IMG/VR virus record: IMGVR_UViG_3300037047_000121
Source: a virus
Length of the DNA stretch: 64,000 nt
Reading direction: 5' to 3' (one strand)
In this document: positions 1-10,170 of the stretch, one piece after another
Position numbering within the stretch: position 1 is the stretch's first letter
Layout: every line of letters begins with the position of its first letter
Program-made: the position numbers and the translations under genes
The notes under the pieces: generated by a model
Database searches by the model: none
Seen by the model: the letters and a program-made list of their open reading frames with translations, nothing else
What the model was told of the DNA's origin: nothing

Positions 1-161
1 AGATGCACGTGTGCGTGTACCCCAAGCTGGGGATCCTCTCGGAGACCGAGGTCACGGCGCTCCTGGGTCGCCTCTCGGTCGACTGGGGCGGGCTCGTCAC
101 GGCGACGCAGATGGAAGAGGGCCTGGAGATCACGTTCCACGCGGGACCGAGGAGCTAAGTC

Positions 162-557
162 ATGACCAAGGACAACCTGATCCGGGAACTCGCCCGGTAC
201 AGCTTCGAGGAGCGGAGGGAGATCGTCGAGGCCGCGAGAATGCTCCGGCCGACCCGTCAGGTGCTGGTCGAGGTCAAGTGGGAGATTTTCGTCCCCCAGC
301 CGGAATTCGCGGACTGGAATGGGGCGCTGATGGCGCTCCGGCGAACCGGGCTGCCCATGTCCGAGGTCAAGGAGATTCTCGGCTGGCTGCGGGAAGGCCA
401 GCACCTCGACGAACACGAGTGGGCCGAGGACGGCCGGTACCCCGATGTGCGAGTCCCCCTGCTGACCCTCCGGGGGATCGCAGGGTTCGTCGTCAACGAA
501 GAAGGAGTATATCAGAAAGAGGTCGAGCCTCGTGTCTCCCCGCTGCCGATGGCCTGA
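162..557 (+). CDS. hypothetical protein (131 aa)
   Basis: ATG preceded by GAGGAG RBS; uninterrupted ORF in gene-dense + block. Confidence 0.6.
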   Translation: MTKDNLIRELARYSFEERREIVEAARMLRPTRQVLVEVKWEIFVPQPEFADWNGALMALRRTGLPMSEVKEILGWLREGQHLDEHEWAEDGRYPDVRVPLLTLRGIAGFVVNEEGVYQKEVEPRVSPLPMA

Positions 558-804
558 GGTGCTGATGTCCCACGAAGAACTCATCCAGGAACTGGCAGCG
601 CTGCCCTGCACTCGGGGTTCTGTGCCTCGATACCACACTGGACGCCGCCCGGTGGGTGTGCAGTCAGTTGGGGTGGGATGCCGTAGGGGCCGTTTTCGCC
701 GCGATCTGGGTGACTGCTATCGGCATCCTGGCGCAGATCGGACTCACCCTGTATCACAAGTGCAAGATGCGCAGGGCACTGGACGCCATCAAACGGATGC
801 ATGA
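556..804 (+). CDS. hypothetical small protein
   Basis: ATG with GAGGTG RBS overlapping upstream stop; coding potential uncertain. Confidence 0.3.
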   Translation, partial: EVLMSHEELIQELAALPCTRGSVPRYHTGRRPVGVQSVGVGCRRGRFRRDLGDCYRHPGADRTHPVSQVQDAQGTGRHQTDA

Positions 805-1025
805 GCCAACGAATGGGTGAAAACGCAGCCGCCCTCAGAAGACGGGTTGAGGTGCTAGAGGCACAGCGGGATACCTTACGGGAGGTCGCCGTGTTAGCAG
901 CTAACACAGAGTGCCCTCAGGGGGGAGGATGCCTGGAGCGGGAAATGACTCCAGGATCTGAGTGTCTCTCCTGTGTTGCTCGAAGCTACCTCGGGATGTG
1001 TGACAGGCTAGAGAAGACAACCTGA
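801..1025 (+). CDS. hypothetical Cys-containing small protein
   Basis: ORF in frame continuity with + block; CxxxxC motifs. Confidence 0.45.
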   Translation: MSQRMGENAAALRRRVEVLEAQRDTLREVAVLAANTECPQGGGCLEREMTPGSECLSCVARSYLGMCDRLEKTT

Positions 1026-1040
1026 GCAAGTAGGTGTGAA

Positions 1041-1325
1041 ATGTCGATGGACGATCAGATTGACTTGGAGGAAGAACGGAGCGCTCATCTCGCAACCCGT
1101 GAGGTTCTGGAGCGATACAAGCGGAAGCTACAGGAGGAGCAGTACACCAGCGCGGGGCTCCAGCTTACGATCGACGCCATCGGCACAGAGGTTGGCTTGT
1201 ACGGCGTAATGAAAAATGGCCACAGGGTCGTTGAAGCCGTCAAGGCGGTCGTCCTCGACCACAACAGGGCACTGAGGGAACTCGAAGAGTGCCAGCGCAA
1301 ACTTCTGCACATGGGGGCACTGTGA
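1041..1325 (+). CDS. hypothetical protein (94 aa)
   Basis: ATG with AGGTG RBS. Confidence 0.6.
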   Translation: MSMDDQIDLEEERSAHLATREVLERYKRKLQEEQYTSAGLQLTIDAIGTEVGLYGVMKNGHRVVEAVKAVVLDHNRALRELEECQRKLLHMGAL

Positions 1326-1630
1326 CACGCACTTACGACACTCGGGAGATCCCGGCAAGCACGGAACAGATCTGCACAGATGTCACATGCAGCATCTGTG
1401 GTGAGACTCACGGGCGGGACACAATCGGTCCCGGGGTCAATTGGGGCACCGAACCGTATCAGGTCGAAACAATCATCGTCGCCCGGCGGGTGGGAACCGA
1501 GAACCCATACCAGGGGACGTTGGAGACGACGGAGTATGATGTCTGCTCCTCGTGCTATCAGAAGCACATCCTAGCTGCTCTGGAGGCTCTGGGTGCTGTC
1601 CCTACCGTCACGAAACGAGAATGGGGATGA
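1322..1630 (+). CDS. hypothetical Cys-rich protein (CxxC...CxxC)
   Basis: GTG start overlapping upstream stop (GTGA); alternative ATG at 1289. Confidence 0.4.
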   Translation: MTRTYDTREIPASTEQICTDVTCSICGETHGRDTIGPGVNWGTEPYQVETIIVARRVGTENPYQGTLETTEYDVCSSCYQKHILAALEALGAVPTVTKREWG

Positions 1631-1917
1631 AAGTCAAACCGCTCATCTGCTATGTGTGCCACACTGGCGGGTGTGAACAGGGCATCGCTTTCGACGGTCG
1701 TCCCGAGTTCCACTGCACCAAATGCAATCATTGGTGGACGAGTGGACACGATGGGGCGCCGTACTACGACAAACGGCGTCCGAATACGTTCGACCACCGG
1801 GGGGAGCATCTCCGTGGGAAACTGCCCCGGCAAACAGCGGAGGATCGGAAAATCCACTACGAACTGTTCGGGGAACCGATGCCGAAAGACGGTCGTCGCA
1901 GCCGTCGGGAGGACTGA
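1627..1917 (+). CDS. zinc-ribbon-like protein (CxxC/CxxC pairs)
   Basis: ATGA overlap with upstream gene; Cys pairs CYVCH...CTKCNH. Confidence 0.55.
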   Translation: MKVKPLICYVCHTGGCEQGIAFDGRPEFHCTKCNHWWTSGHDGAPYYDKRRPNTFDHRGEHLRGKLPRQTAEDRKIHYELFGEPMPKDGRRSRRED

Positions 1918-1920
1918 GGG

Positions 1921-2157
1921 ATGAGTTTTCAAGACGGGCAAACGGAGTGGCCGAAAAAGGTCGGGTGGTACTGGTTCTATGGGTGCCAATTCCCCGACCG
2001 GACGGATCTGACGGTACTCTCCGTCCAGGTAGAGAAAGCCGGGCGTAACGGGTCGTTCCTGATCTACCTCACGGGCGGATACTTCATGGAGCCCGAGGAA
2101 ACCGGGAAAGGCCGCTGGTATCGCGCGTCCCTGCCCGAGATGCAGCCCCCTCCCTGA
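1921..2157 (+). CDS. hypothetical protein (78 aa)
   Basis: ATG with GGAGG RBS. Confidence 0.55.
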   Translation: MSFQDGQTEWPKKVGWYWFYGCQFPDRTDLTVLSVQVEKAGRNGSFLIYLTGGYFMEPEETGKGRWYRASLPEMQPPP

Positions 2158-2163
2158 TTTTCT

Positions 2164-2194
2164 GGGATCATCGCAGCCCCCTTCCGAGTAGCTC
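2164..2194 (+). promoter_or_regulatory. phage bipartite promoter-like motif (GGGATCATC-N13-GAGTAGCTC)
   Basis: matches repeated intergenic motif seen more than 15 times; precedes ATG 2216. Confidence 0.45.
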
Positions 2195-2215
2195 ATCTTG
2201 AAAGGGGGGTTGTCC

Positions 2216-2452
2216 ATGTCAGCGCTCAGACGGAACCAGTCCGAAGACGGTCGATGGCGTCACATCTATGATGGCCGGGACCCCAAGCGATACGTGTCGC
2301 ACACATACGACGCGAACCTGGGAGTCCTCCATTCGACCCGAGGAGGGCGGGGGGGTAAGCTGCGGAGGACGATCCCTTCGCTGGATCAGGGAGAGTTCGA
2401 GCGCCTCTGGGCGATGGCGGAGGATCTGCCGGAAACCCCGAAGTCCAAGTAG
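2216..2452 (+). CDS. hypothetical protein (78 aa)
   Basis: ATG after AAGGGGGG RBS; listed ORF starts at an upstream TTG. Confidence 0.55.
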   Translation: MSALRRNQSEDGRWRHIYDGRDPKRYVSHTYDANLGVLHSTRGGRGGKLRRTIPSLDQGEFERLWAMAEDLPETPKSK

Positions 2453-2472
2453 AGCCCGTCGGGGGGGAGACG

Positions 2473-2853
2473 ATGACTGCTGAGGAGATAGAGCGCAACG
2501 GCATCCGTGCGATGTGGGATGCGATCATGGTCTACGTCGAGGCATGCGGCGGAGACACGGGGCGTGTCCACATGGAGGCCAAGTTGCGTGCCGTCCCTAT
2601 CGTGTCCCAGGCCATGGACAACGTCGTCAACGCCGCCCTGGCCGCAGAACGGGAGCGGTACGAGGAGTCCCGACGTGCCGCCGAAACACGCGCTGCACGA
2701 ACGGCAGCGGCACTCGGGAGGTACGGCACGCACCTGGACGGGTGTTTGACGCAGCAGCGGACGGTGTCTTTGGCACCGGAACCGTACATGGTCCGGTGTA
2801 CATGCGGGTTGCTCGCAGCGATAGTCGACGCCGGTCCGGCGAGGGGGGTGTAG
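2473..2853 (+). CDS. hypothetical protein (126 aa)
   Basis: ATG with GGGGGGAG RBS. Confidence 0.6.
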   Translation: MTAEEIERNGIRAMWDAIMVYVEACGGDTGRVHMEAKLRAVPIVSQAMDNVVNAALAAERERYEESRRAAETRAARTAAALGRYGTHLDGCLTQQRTVSLAPEPYMVRCTCGLLAAIVDAGPARGV

Positions 2854-2854
2854 C

Positions 2855-3397
2855 GTGGGGGATGAGACGGCGTATGCCACGCAGCTCTCCGCTGCGCGGG
2901 ATGCTCTGGATGCCATTCAGGCTATCCTTGATGCTGAGCGTGAACGGTACGAGGCCCTGCGTCGAGAACGAGACGAGTACGTCGACATCGCTCTTCGCCA
3001 GCGGGGGGAATCCAACCGGGAGGCCAAGGGGTTCCTCCAACTCACGGATCGCCTGAAGCGCGAACGCGATGAGGCACGCGAGGACGCCCGGCGCCAGTGG
3101 GAATGGCGGAACGGAGTCACCGCGGCGTGGCGTGACATCCGGGGCATCTCCGGTCCCGGACTCGCGCCGCACGAGCAGGTGATCAAGGCCCTCAAAGAGG
3201 GAGCCGTCGCATCCACACTGGTGGAGGGGCTGCTGAAAGCCGGAGAGGCGCTGTACTGGGCTGCCTGCTCGGATCCCCGGGCCGGTGACCGTTACGAGCG
3301 CGCCCGCCGCGCCGCCGTCGACGGATGGGATGCGATTTCCCTTCCGCTGCTGGGCAAGTCCCGGGAAACCGTACCGCCCGCGGGGGAGTCCCCATGA
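2855..3397 (+). CDS. hypothetical coiled-coil protein (180 aa)
   Basis: GTG start adjacent to upstream stop; charged helical sequence. Confidence 0.5.
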   Translation: MGDETAYATQLSAARDALDAIQAILDAERERYEALRRERDEYVDIALRQRGESNREAKGFLQLTDRLKRERDEAREDARRQWEWRNGVTAAWRDIRGISGPGLAPHEQVIKALKEGAVASTLVEGLLKAGEALYWAACSDPRAGDRYERARRAAVDGWDAISLPLLGKSRETVPPAGESP

Positions 3398-3981
3398 AAC
3401 AGATCGGGAACTGCCCCGGGTGTGATCGGCCGCTGTTCAAGGAGGACAACCTCGAACTGTGCGACGTGTGCAGAACCGCGGCAGATCTCGCGGATGCACG
3501 CACCGAGATCGCACGGCTGAAAACGGAACTCGACCGGGAACGAGCCATCGCCGCCCGGGAACATGACCTGTCCACCGTGGTTGAGCAGACGTCTTTCTTA
3601 ACCATGCACCGTGCCGTCACGGCGGAACTTCGGGCCGAAAAAACAGATCTCATCCTGGCGGGGATCTTGTCGCATGACAACAACGCCATCGACAAGATCG
3701 GACTGGCGCGGTCCACGCTCGCCGTTCCCTACAAAGGAACGGAACGACGGGATTCTGCGGCGGTCCTGATGGCAAACTGCCCCGTGCTGAAACTGTTGGC
3801 GGAAACTGCCGACTCTTGCGAGACTCAGGCGGCCGTGCATCTCCAGGCCCACTATCCCGGAACTGAGTGGCGGCGTTCCGGGAAAGAGGCCGCCGACGTT
3901 CTGAGCTATACGGCCCACGAGATGCGCCGTGTGCTCGCGGAGGCCAAGGCCCGTATCTGCCCCGGAAAGGAAACCCCATGA
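3394..3981 (+). CDS. hypothetical protein with N-terminal CxxC...CxxC
   Basis: ATGA overlap with upstream stop. Confidence 0.6.
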   Translation: MKQIGNCPGCDRPLFKEDNLELCDVCRTAADLADARTEIARLKTELDRERAIAAREHDLSTVVEQTSFLTMHRAVTAELRAEKTDLILAGILSHDNNAIDKIGLARSTLAVPYKGTERRDSAAVLMANCPVLKLLAETADSCETQAAVHLQAHYPGTEWRRSGKEAADVLSYTAHEMRRVLAEAKARICPGKETP

Positions 3982-4697
3982 CACAGCCCAACGTGGATCC
4001 CGTTCAGACGGGGTGTCTCATCCGCACAGGAGAACTCCCCCCGGATTTCGGGTGGCGCGTCCTCAGTCGCAAGGACAACGTGGCATGGATCTGTCTCGTC
4101 GTAGACGACCGGACGGAAGGAATCAGCCATCAGGTGGTTCCTATCCGTATTCGCTGGTCGGGGAATGCGAACGTCTGGTTCGACGACGAGGACAGCGAGA
4201 ATCCCGAGTCCTACGATTTCATCCGTTCAGATGACGAGGCCACGGAGAAAATCCTCGGAACCTGGACGCAGAAGGTCACGGGGGTCCTCGCACAGGCCGT
4301 CGGAATCCTCCAGACCACCCTCAGCGCCAAACGGGGTTTCGAGATCGTCTCAATCCCCGGCAAGGACGAGACAGCCGTGCTCGCCAGGGTCTATCACCGG
4401 GGCATCGTTCGGGCACTGCGAGCGCTCGATGCCTCGACCGACACCGAGGGGCTCGGGTGGGAGGACATGGAGATCGCACTCGCCTCCATCTCCGCCAGGG
4501 TCAAATCGGCATTCAGCAACCCGCTGGCGGTCGCAAGGGCACTGTTCACCCGGTTGCAGACCTTGGAGGACTTCGTCCGTGCTTACGACGAGTTCACCGG
4601 CCGCACCTGGGAGCAGGACTACGAGCAGGCCCGTCCGGTGGCAGACCCCAAGCAGAACAAGCTCAACGAGGCGCGCGACCGGGTAGGGTCGCTCTGA
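3978..4697 (+). CDS. hypothetical protein (239 aa)
   Basis: ATGA overlap; long ORF. Confidence 0.6.
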   Translation: MTQPNVDPVQTGCLIRTGELPPDFGWRVLSRKDNVAWICLVVDDRTEGISHQVVPIRIRWSGNANVWFDDEDSENPESYDFIRSDDEATEKILGTWTQKVTGVLAQAVGILQTTLSAKRGFEIVSIPGKDETAVLARVYHRGIVRALRALDASTDTEGLGWEDMEIALASISARVKSAFSNPLAVARALFTRLQTLEDFVRAYDEFTGRTWEQDYEQARPVADPKQNKLNEARDRVGSL

Positions 4698-4713
4698 CCA
4701 GAGGGAGATGCGA

Positions 4714-5205
4714 ATGGCACGCAAGCGGGAAGCTACACCGGCCGAAAATCTGGCCCATGTCACGGAACTCATGAAGGCAATCGACGAGCGGCGGGACGCC
4801 CTGAGCAACGAGTGGGTCAAACTCCGGCAAAAGCACAATCGGCTGGCCGTCGAGTGCCTCAGTGATGACACGATGCTGACCAGCCTCAACTGGAAACTTC
4901 GGGTCACGATCAAGAAGGACTGGGCGCTCGTTTTCGTTTCCCTGCGGGCTGAGAATCCCAGCTACGGGGTCGCGGATCGGCTCGGCCTGGGGCACCACGG
5001 AGACGTACAACTCCCCACGGGAGCGCGCCTGGGAAATGATGACGGGGAACTATACATCTCCGGGAGTGACGACCAGATCCTGGAAACGATGCGGCTCTAC
5101 AACCTGCGCCCGGAACCAGATCCGGAGTCGTTGGCGAAAATCAAAGCCCTCAGAACGGCCGCGGACCTCCTCGAACACGCCCTGAAAACCAACGTGCCGT
5201 CATGA
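4714..5205 (+). CDS. hypothetical protein (163 aa)
   Basis: ATG with AGAGGGAG RBS. Confidence 0.55.
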   Translation: MARKREATPAENLAHVTELMKAIDERRDALSNEWVKLRQKHNRLAVECLSDDTMLTSLNWKLRVTIKKDWALVFVSLRAENPSYGVADRLGLGHHGDVQLPTGARLGNDDGELYISGSDDQILETMRLYNLRPEPDPESLAKIKALRTAADLLEHALKTNVPS

Positions 5206-5468
5206 ACGGGAAACACACATTCGAGGAGCTAAGTCGCAAGCTACCAGATCCCGAGATGCCCCCGGCTCAGAAAAAGGCTCGGACATCCTACAAAAAACAG
5301 GCTGAGTCCCTAGAGTCCGAAAACGTCGGGCTACGGAGAAAGCTGGCACTAGCGACCCAGACCCTGGACAACATCCGGCTTTTGGCGGAGGACGGCAACC
5401 AGCAAGATCTGAAATCGATCGAATCTATCTGCCGTCACACCATTGGGATCATCTCCGTCCCGTCCTGA
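5202..5468 (+). CDS. hypothetical protein (88 aa)
   Basis: ATGA overlap. Confidence 0.55.
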   Translation: MNGKHTFEELSRKLPDPEMPPAQKKARTSYKKQAESLESENVGLRRKLALATQTLDNIRLLAEDGNQQDLKSIESICRHTIGIISVPS

Positions 5469-5475
5469 GTAGACC
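5443..5475 (+). promoter_or_regulatory. phage bipartite promoter-like motif (GGGATCATC-N13-GAGTAGACC)
   Basis: conserved motif upstream of ATG 5508. Confidence 0.45.
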
Positions 5476-5507
5476 TTCTGGTGGAAACCTGCAACAGGAG
5501 AGTCCCG

Positions 5508-6146
5508 ATGAGCATGACCAAGTTTCGGGATCTCACGCCTTCGACCCGAAAAGCGCTATCCAAAGGGTACACCCTTCAGGCCCTGAACATGATCGTGGAA
5601 CTGGGTCAGCGGGCGGGGACGGTTCGGAACGCGATTCAGTCCCAGCCGGAAACCAACATCGAAGACGCGGCCGAAACACTGTCCCAGTCCCTCGTCGCCA
5701 TCACCACGATCTGTCTCCAGGCAGCAGCCTACGGGCAGGATGTCCTGGGGGCTTGCCAGACCGCGGAGTCTCTGCGGCGAGCCGCAGAAACGATCCAGCG
5801 GGACATCCGGGACTCCGAGTACGGCGTGGTGTTCGACCGAAAGGATCGGGTCGAGGCCATGCTCGCGGAACTGGGGTGGTACGCGGTACACGTCGATTTC
5901 AGCGGGGAGAACCTGAACCTGAGCCTGAACCTGACCACCCGAGACAACTCCGTCGGCATCATGCTCCGGTGGGACAAGGAGGGCAACCTGACCCTGAGCA
6001 CGTTCAGGAGTCAGGGAAATACCCAGGGCGAGTGGCTGATCCCCATCACCGAGTCCGTGAAAGAAGAGGAGCCGTGGCAGTACGAGCGCTGGGCGGCCCG
6101 AAAACTCGCGGAGAAGCTCGGTGCTGAGATCACGCAGCTCTATTAA
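5508..6146 (+). CDS. hypothetical protein (212 aa)
   Basis: ATG with AGGAGAG RBS downstream of promoter motif. Confidence 0.6.
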   Translation: MSMTKFRDLTPSTRKALSKGYTLQALNMIVELGQRAGTVRNAIQSQPETNIEDAAETLSQSLVAITTICLQAAAYGQDVLGACQTAESLRRAAETIQRDIRDSEYGVVFDRKDRVEAMLAELGWYAVHVDFSGENLNLSLNLTTRDNSVGIMLRWDKEGNLTLSTFRSQGNTQGEWLIPITESVKEEEPWQYERWAARKLAEKLGAEITQLY

Positions 6147-6400
6147 TCCTGCCCCCTGACCCGGGTACTCTTGGTGGTGACGTGAACGGAGTTACCAGAT
6201 GAACCTTCCGGAACAGCCCTCCCGTCAGTCCGAACTGGTCTTCTGTGCCGTCGTAATCATCCTGCTTGGACTTCTGCTGAGTGTGCTTGGAACAGTTTCA
6301 CACATGTCTTGGTCGATCCAAAATGCCAATCCGACCGTGCTGTTCTCCGATCCGAAGGAGTAGATGTCCCTGACCCGATGCAACGGGTGAGGAGACGCAC

Positions 6401-9400
6401 ATGACGGATCGGACTTTCTCGGACGTGCTCGAAACGTCCCGGCTCTTTTCCCCTGTCCAAGATTTCATCCGGTGGGAAGCCGTCAGGCTAGGCCGCATGA
6501 GCCAAAGCTTCGCGGAGCGGTACATCCGTCAGATCCGCGCTTACCTCACTGCGTCCGGAAATCTGTACCCCGGCCAGAAGGAAATCTATGACGAGGACGC
6601 CGCGGAGAAGGGACAGGACATCTGGGACGCTTTCCAGCGTTGGATCGATGTCTATTTCTCCAAGGGAATTTCACACGAAGTGATGCTCTTCCTGGTGAAC
6701 CAGGGGGTCGTCCCTACGACTTCTCTGGTCAAAGACTACCTGGGGAAAAGGTGCGCCGGTCAGCCCGTGGGGGAAAAACCCCCGGCCGAGTTCGCTCGCC
6801 TCACGCATCGGATCGAGACCCGCTACGCTGTCGATTTGTTCCGCAGGCCGCCGGTGAACTATCCGACGGTGGACGAGGTGCGGGACGGCGGCCAGGGTTG
6901 GGAGCATTTCCTGCGCGAGTTGGGTTTCGAGCAGAAAACCATCACGGCGTATGTCAATAGGATCGTGCGGATCCTGTGTGACTTCGAGACCGATTTCCCG
7001 GGTCAGAAGGTGGTGACGTCGGAAACAGTCCGTGACGTGCTTTCCCGGATGGAAAGCAAGCGGGGCGGCGGGACGATCACGAAACCTCTGGATTACTGGA
7101 ACTGCTGGGCTGGCCCGTCCGGGTTCCTGACGTGGTGGCATCTCCAGCAGTACTACCTGCCCGTGGCCGATCTTCCGGCCGAGGCGGACACGTTGGACGC
7201 CCTGGCAGAGGATTTCCACCGTTCCTTGGATGAGGCGTTCGCGGACAAAAACGAGATGCCTCCGGCTCCCCCTGAGGTGGCCGACCTGCTTCGGGGTGTG
7301 GACTTGGCGCCCACTGCGCCCCCGAGAGCGCCCGTGGATCCGGCGCTGGCTGAGGTCATCGCGGCCAACGCCCCGGAGCCCGTGCCTCCCACCAAGGGCA
7401 CGAGAGGGACGGCGTTCACGTTCGTGAGTTCCCTTCCCTCCAAGTGCGTCGATGCCGTGGCGCTGGACCCGCCGTATGCGATCCCCTTCTCCCACAAGGG
7501 CAAAGTGGTCGGGTCGGCTACCAAAACGGGGGCAACGCCCGAAGGCAATCCGATTTTCACGGTCAAGATCACCGAGGATGCGGATGCGCTCCGCAAAGCC
7601 ATCAGGGGAGAAGCTCAGACCCTGGGGCTCAAAATGGCTTACGGTGGGGAAGACATCCCCCTGGCCCCCTTTGCTGTCAAAGACAAAACGGAGAACCCGT
7701 GGAAGAAGGCGTTCCGGGATTTCCTCCGGGAGATTGGGTGTGATCCGCTCCCGGCCGACGGCTCGCCGGAACACGCGGTCGATCAGGCATGTGGGTTTGT
7801 CAATCAGATGATGGAGGCCGACAGGCGGGCATGGCAGGCAGCCATGAACGATGTCCACTTGCATCTGATGGGAGAGCAGATCCCCGAGAGCGTAGACTGG
7901 AAGGATTCCGTCCAGATGGCTCGGGTTTTGTCCCAGAGGGTGGACACTATTCGGGTCGAGGCAGATCGGCGCCGGATGTGGCAGGGCGTCGTGTGGAACC
8001 TCATCGAGGACTTCGGTGATCAGAACGCTCGCAGTCAGGAACTGAGCATCACGGAATCCGAGGTGCGTCTCCGTGGGATCCTCACCGAAGGGTGGGACGC
8101 GAAACGTGCGCTGACCGGCCTGTGTAGGGAACTGGGTTTCAACGGGTCGCCGCACGATGAAAAACTGCTGGCCAAAACGATCGAGTTCATCACGGAGAAG
8201 ACGAAACAGCTCGAACCGTTGCAGGACATCGCGGCGTCCTTCGTTTTGGTGGCGACAGAGGCTGGGATCCATGTCAAGGATCCGGAGCATGACCACCTGC
8301 GTGTGCGGGAAGAGTTGGTCAAACGGCTGCGCCCGGCCAACGAGGAATCCTTCAAGCAGGAGATGCTCACCCTCGCGAAACTGATCGGATTCGATCTCGA
8401 CCAGTCCGGCCCGATGGGTTCCATGCGTTCCATGAATGCCCCCAACTTGAGGGCAGCGATGGCTCGCAAGTTCGACTCCCTCAAGGAGCAGGCGGACAAC
8501 GCCACGGCAGGTTCCGGGTGGAAGGAAGCGATGCATCGGATCGCCTCCAAGGTCGGTCTCGTGTCCGGCGAGGGCGCACCGCTTCTGCCCCAGCATCTGA
8601 TCCCGACACAGGTCGAGGAGGCGATTTACCTGGGGTTGAATCGGATGTTCCCCGCGACCCGTGCCGCCCTGGCTTTCCTGGATACGGCGGAGGGGCTCGG
8701 AATCAGCACCACGGTGCCGGATGCCCTGACTGGTAAGTCCAAGCCGCGGGATCCGGTTGACATGAAACTGGAGTTTTTCAACAAGTTCAAGAACTCCGGC
8801 GCCCCCCGCTCGGACTGGGAGACGGCCGCTCGTGATCTGGCCTTGGGTTTCGGGATGCTCTTCTCGGGCAACTGGACGCCCCAGGACTTCGTCAGCAAGT
8901 TCCAGAGTCACGTCCGGACTATGATCGGACGTGGGCCGGGCAACCCGCAGGCCATGTTGATGGATGCCTTGCGGGAAATCCTGAAACGGATGGGTGATGA
9001 CTCCGGGATGCTCGACGCGCTGACCGTGCCCCTGGCGGTCGATCATATCCAGAGGGTTCAGGATTCCCGCGTCGCGCGGCAGGTCGCACGAGAGATGCGG
9101 GTTTTGGGGGAAAAGATCAACCCCAAAGCGGTACGCCAGCTTCCGGAGACGGCCACGGTCAAGGACATCGTTGCCGCGTTGACAACCCCGCAGGCACCGC
9201 CCGTTCAGTCGAACGTCACGAACACGGCACCAACGGAGATGACGGTCCTGAGCGTGCCCGAAATCACGTTCACGGCGCTGTTCATGCGTGCCATGGCTGC
9301 CCGTTATGTAGAGCGGATGGCTACGACGCCCCCGCCCCTCCCGAACCACGTCGACGCATTTTTCGCGGCACTGGCGAGGATGCGCGCCAAAAGCGAGACC

Positions 9401-9412
9401 CTGGGCGAATGA
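6401..9412 (+). CDS. large hypothetical protein (1003 aa) with isolated VDAVALDPPYA motif
   Basis: 3-kb ORF; DPPY tetrapeptide resembles MTase motif IV but no FxGxG motif seen; the antisense 892-aa ORF is an artefact. Confidence 0.7.
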   Translation: MTDRTFSDVLETSRLFSPVQDFIRWEAVRLGRMSQSFAERYIRQIRAYLTASGNLYPGQKEIYDEDAAEKGQDIWDAFQRWIDVYFSKGISHEVMLFLVNQGVVPTTSLVKDYLGKRCAGQPVGEKPPAEFARLTHRIETRYAVDLFRRPPVNYPTVDEVRDGGQGWEHFLRELGFEQKTITAYVNRIVRILCDFETDFPGQKVVTSETVRDVLSRMESKRGGGTITKPLDYWNCWAGPSGFLTWWHLQQYYLPVADLPAEADTLDALAEDFHRSLDEAFADKNEMPPAPPEVADLLRGVDLAPTAPPRAPVDPALAEVIAANAPEPVPPTKGTRGTAFTFVSSLPSKCVDAVALDPPYAIPFSHKGKVVGSATKTGATPEGNPIFTVKITEDADALRKAIRGEAQTLGLKMAYGGEDIPLAPFAVKDKTENPWKKAFRDFLREIGCDPLPADGSPEHAVDQACGFVNQMMEADRRAWQAAMNDVHLHLMGEQIPESVDWKDSVQMARVLSQRVDTIRVEADRRRMWQGVVWNLIEDFGDQNARSQELSITESEVRLRGILTEGWDAKRALTGLCRELGFNGSPHDEKLLAKTIEFITEKTKQLEPLQDIAASFVLVATEAGIHVKDPEHDHLRVREELVKRLRPANEESFKQEMLTLAKLIGFDLDQSGPMGSMRSMNAPNLRAAMARKFDSLKEQADNATAGSGWKEAMHRIASKVGLVSGEGAPLLPQHLIPTQVEEAIYLGLNRMFPATRAALAFLDTAEGLGISTTVPDALTGKSKPRDPVDMKLEFFNKFKNSGAPRSDWETAARDLALGFGMLFSGNWTPQDFVSKFQSHVRTMIGRGPGNPQAMLMDALREILKRMGDDSGMLDALTVPLAVDHIQRVQDSRVARQVAREMRVLGEKINPKAVRQLPETATVKDIVAALTTPQAPPVQSNVTNTAPTEMTVLSVPEITFTALFMRAMAARYVERMATTPPPLPNHVDAFFAALARMRAKSETLGE

Positions 9413-9759
9413 CCATGAATCCGTGGGGCTCGAACAATCGGGTCAAAAGCTGGACACTGACCCCCGAGTGTCCAGGGTGCGGGATCCGCAGTAGGGAGGA
9501 GAGCTTTCGTCCTCCCTACTGTTCGGATTGCTTGCGGAAAATGGAGTCCATCAATTCCAGACGGATCTCCCGCCGGATCAAACCATTGCCCAATCCTGGA
9601 TCCGTGCTGGATTTGATCGAAAACCTTTTCAGAACTACCGAATCGGTAGTGGAAAACCCTCCTGACTCGCCGAAAACTCCCGTCCCTCCGAAAGGGGTAG
9701 AGTCGAAAGACGACCCCAACATCAACTGGCGTTTCAAAGTGCTGGAAATCGACGACTGA
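9409..9759 (+). CDS. hypothetical protein with CPGCG...CSDC Cys pairs
   Basis: ATGA overlap with the 1003-aa gene. Confidence 0.5.
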   Translation: MTMNPWGSNNRVKSWTLTPECPGCGIRSREESFRPPYCSDCLRKMESINSRRISRRIKPLPNPGSVLDLIENLFRTTESVVENPPDSPKTPVPPKGVESKDDPNINWRFKVLEIDD

Positions 9760-9760
9760 G

Positions 9761-9961
9761 ATGAAACACGACATCCGCGTCACGGACACGGGACTAGAGG
9801 GGTTCCATACCGGCAGGCCCAGGTACCGGCTGATTTGCTATACCTGCAAGGCCATCATCCATGAGGGAACCACTGGCCCGGGGTACTTTTTAAAGGCTCA
9901 TCTGGAGGGTCAGACCGCGGGAGAAAAACCGCTCCCTATGGGAGAGCAGACCCCAAGATGA
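9761..9961 (+). CDS. hypothetical small protein
   Basis: ATG 1 nt after upstream stop. Confidence 0.4.
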   Translation: MKHDIRVTDTGLEGFHTGRPRYRLICYTCKAIIHEGTTGPGYFLKAHLEGQTAGEKPLPMGEQTPR

Positions 9962-10170
9962 GCATGCCCGTCCGGTTGGTTGTGGCGGCGGGGCTGGGGT
10001 TTCTGTCTGGTACCTTTTGGTTGTTGACTCGGGACACAGAGTACACAGACCCCGTCCTGGTGACATGTCTGATCCTAGCTCTGCTTGGGTCACTGGCCGT
10101 CTTCCTATGGCCCTTCCCCCGAAACGAGGTTGAACATGGATCCAGTAATGATCACGGTGACGATGCCTGA
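9958..10170 (+). CDS. small membrane protein (2 predicted TM helices)
   Basis: ATGA overlap; hydrophobic stretches. Confidence 0.5.
   Translation: MSMPVRLVVAAGLGFLSGTFWLLTRDTEYTDPVLVTCLILALLGSLAVFLWPFPRNEVEHGSSNDHGDDA

Noticed and set aside
6671-9349. 892-aa ORF on minus strand
   Set aside because: Antisense to the 1003-aa gene; Arg/Gly/Pro-rich low-complexity translation typical of out-of-frame high-GC sequence; no RBS
6401-9412. Calling the 1003-aa protein a DNA methyltransferase
   Set aside because: Only the DPPY tetrapeptide is present; no AdoMet-binding motif or other MTase blocks visible
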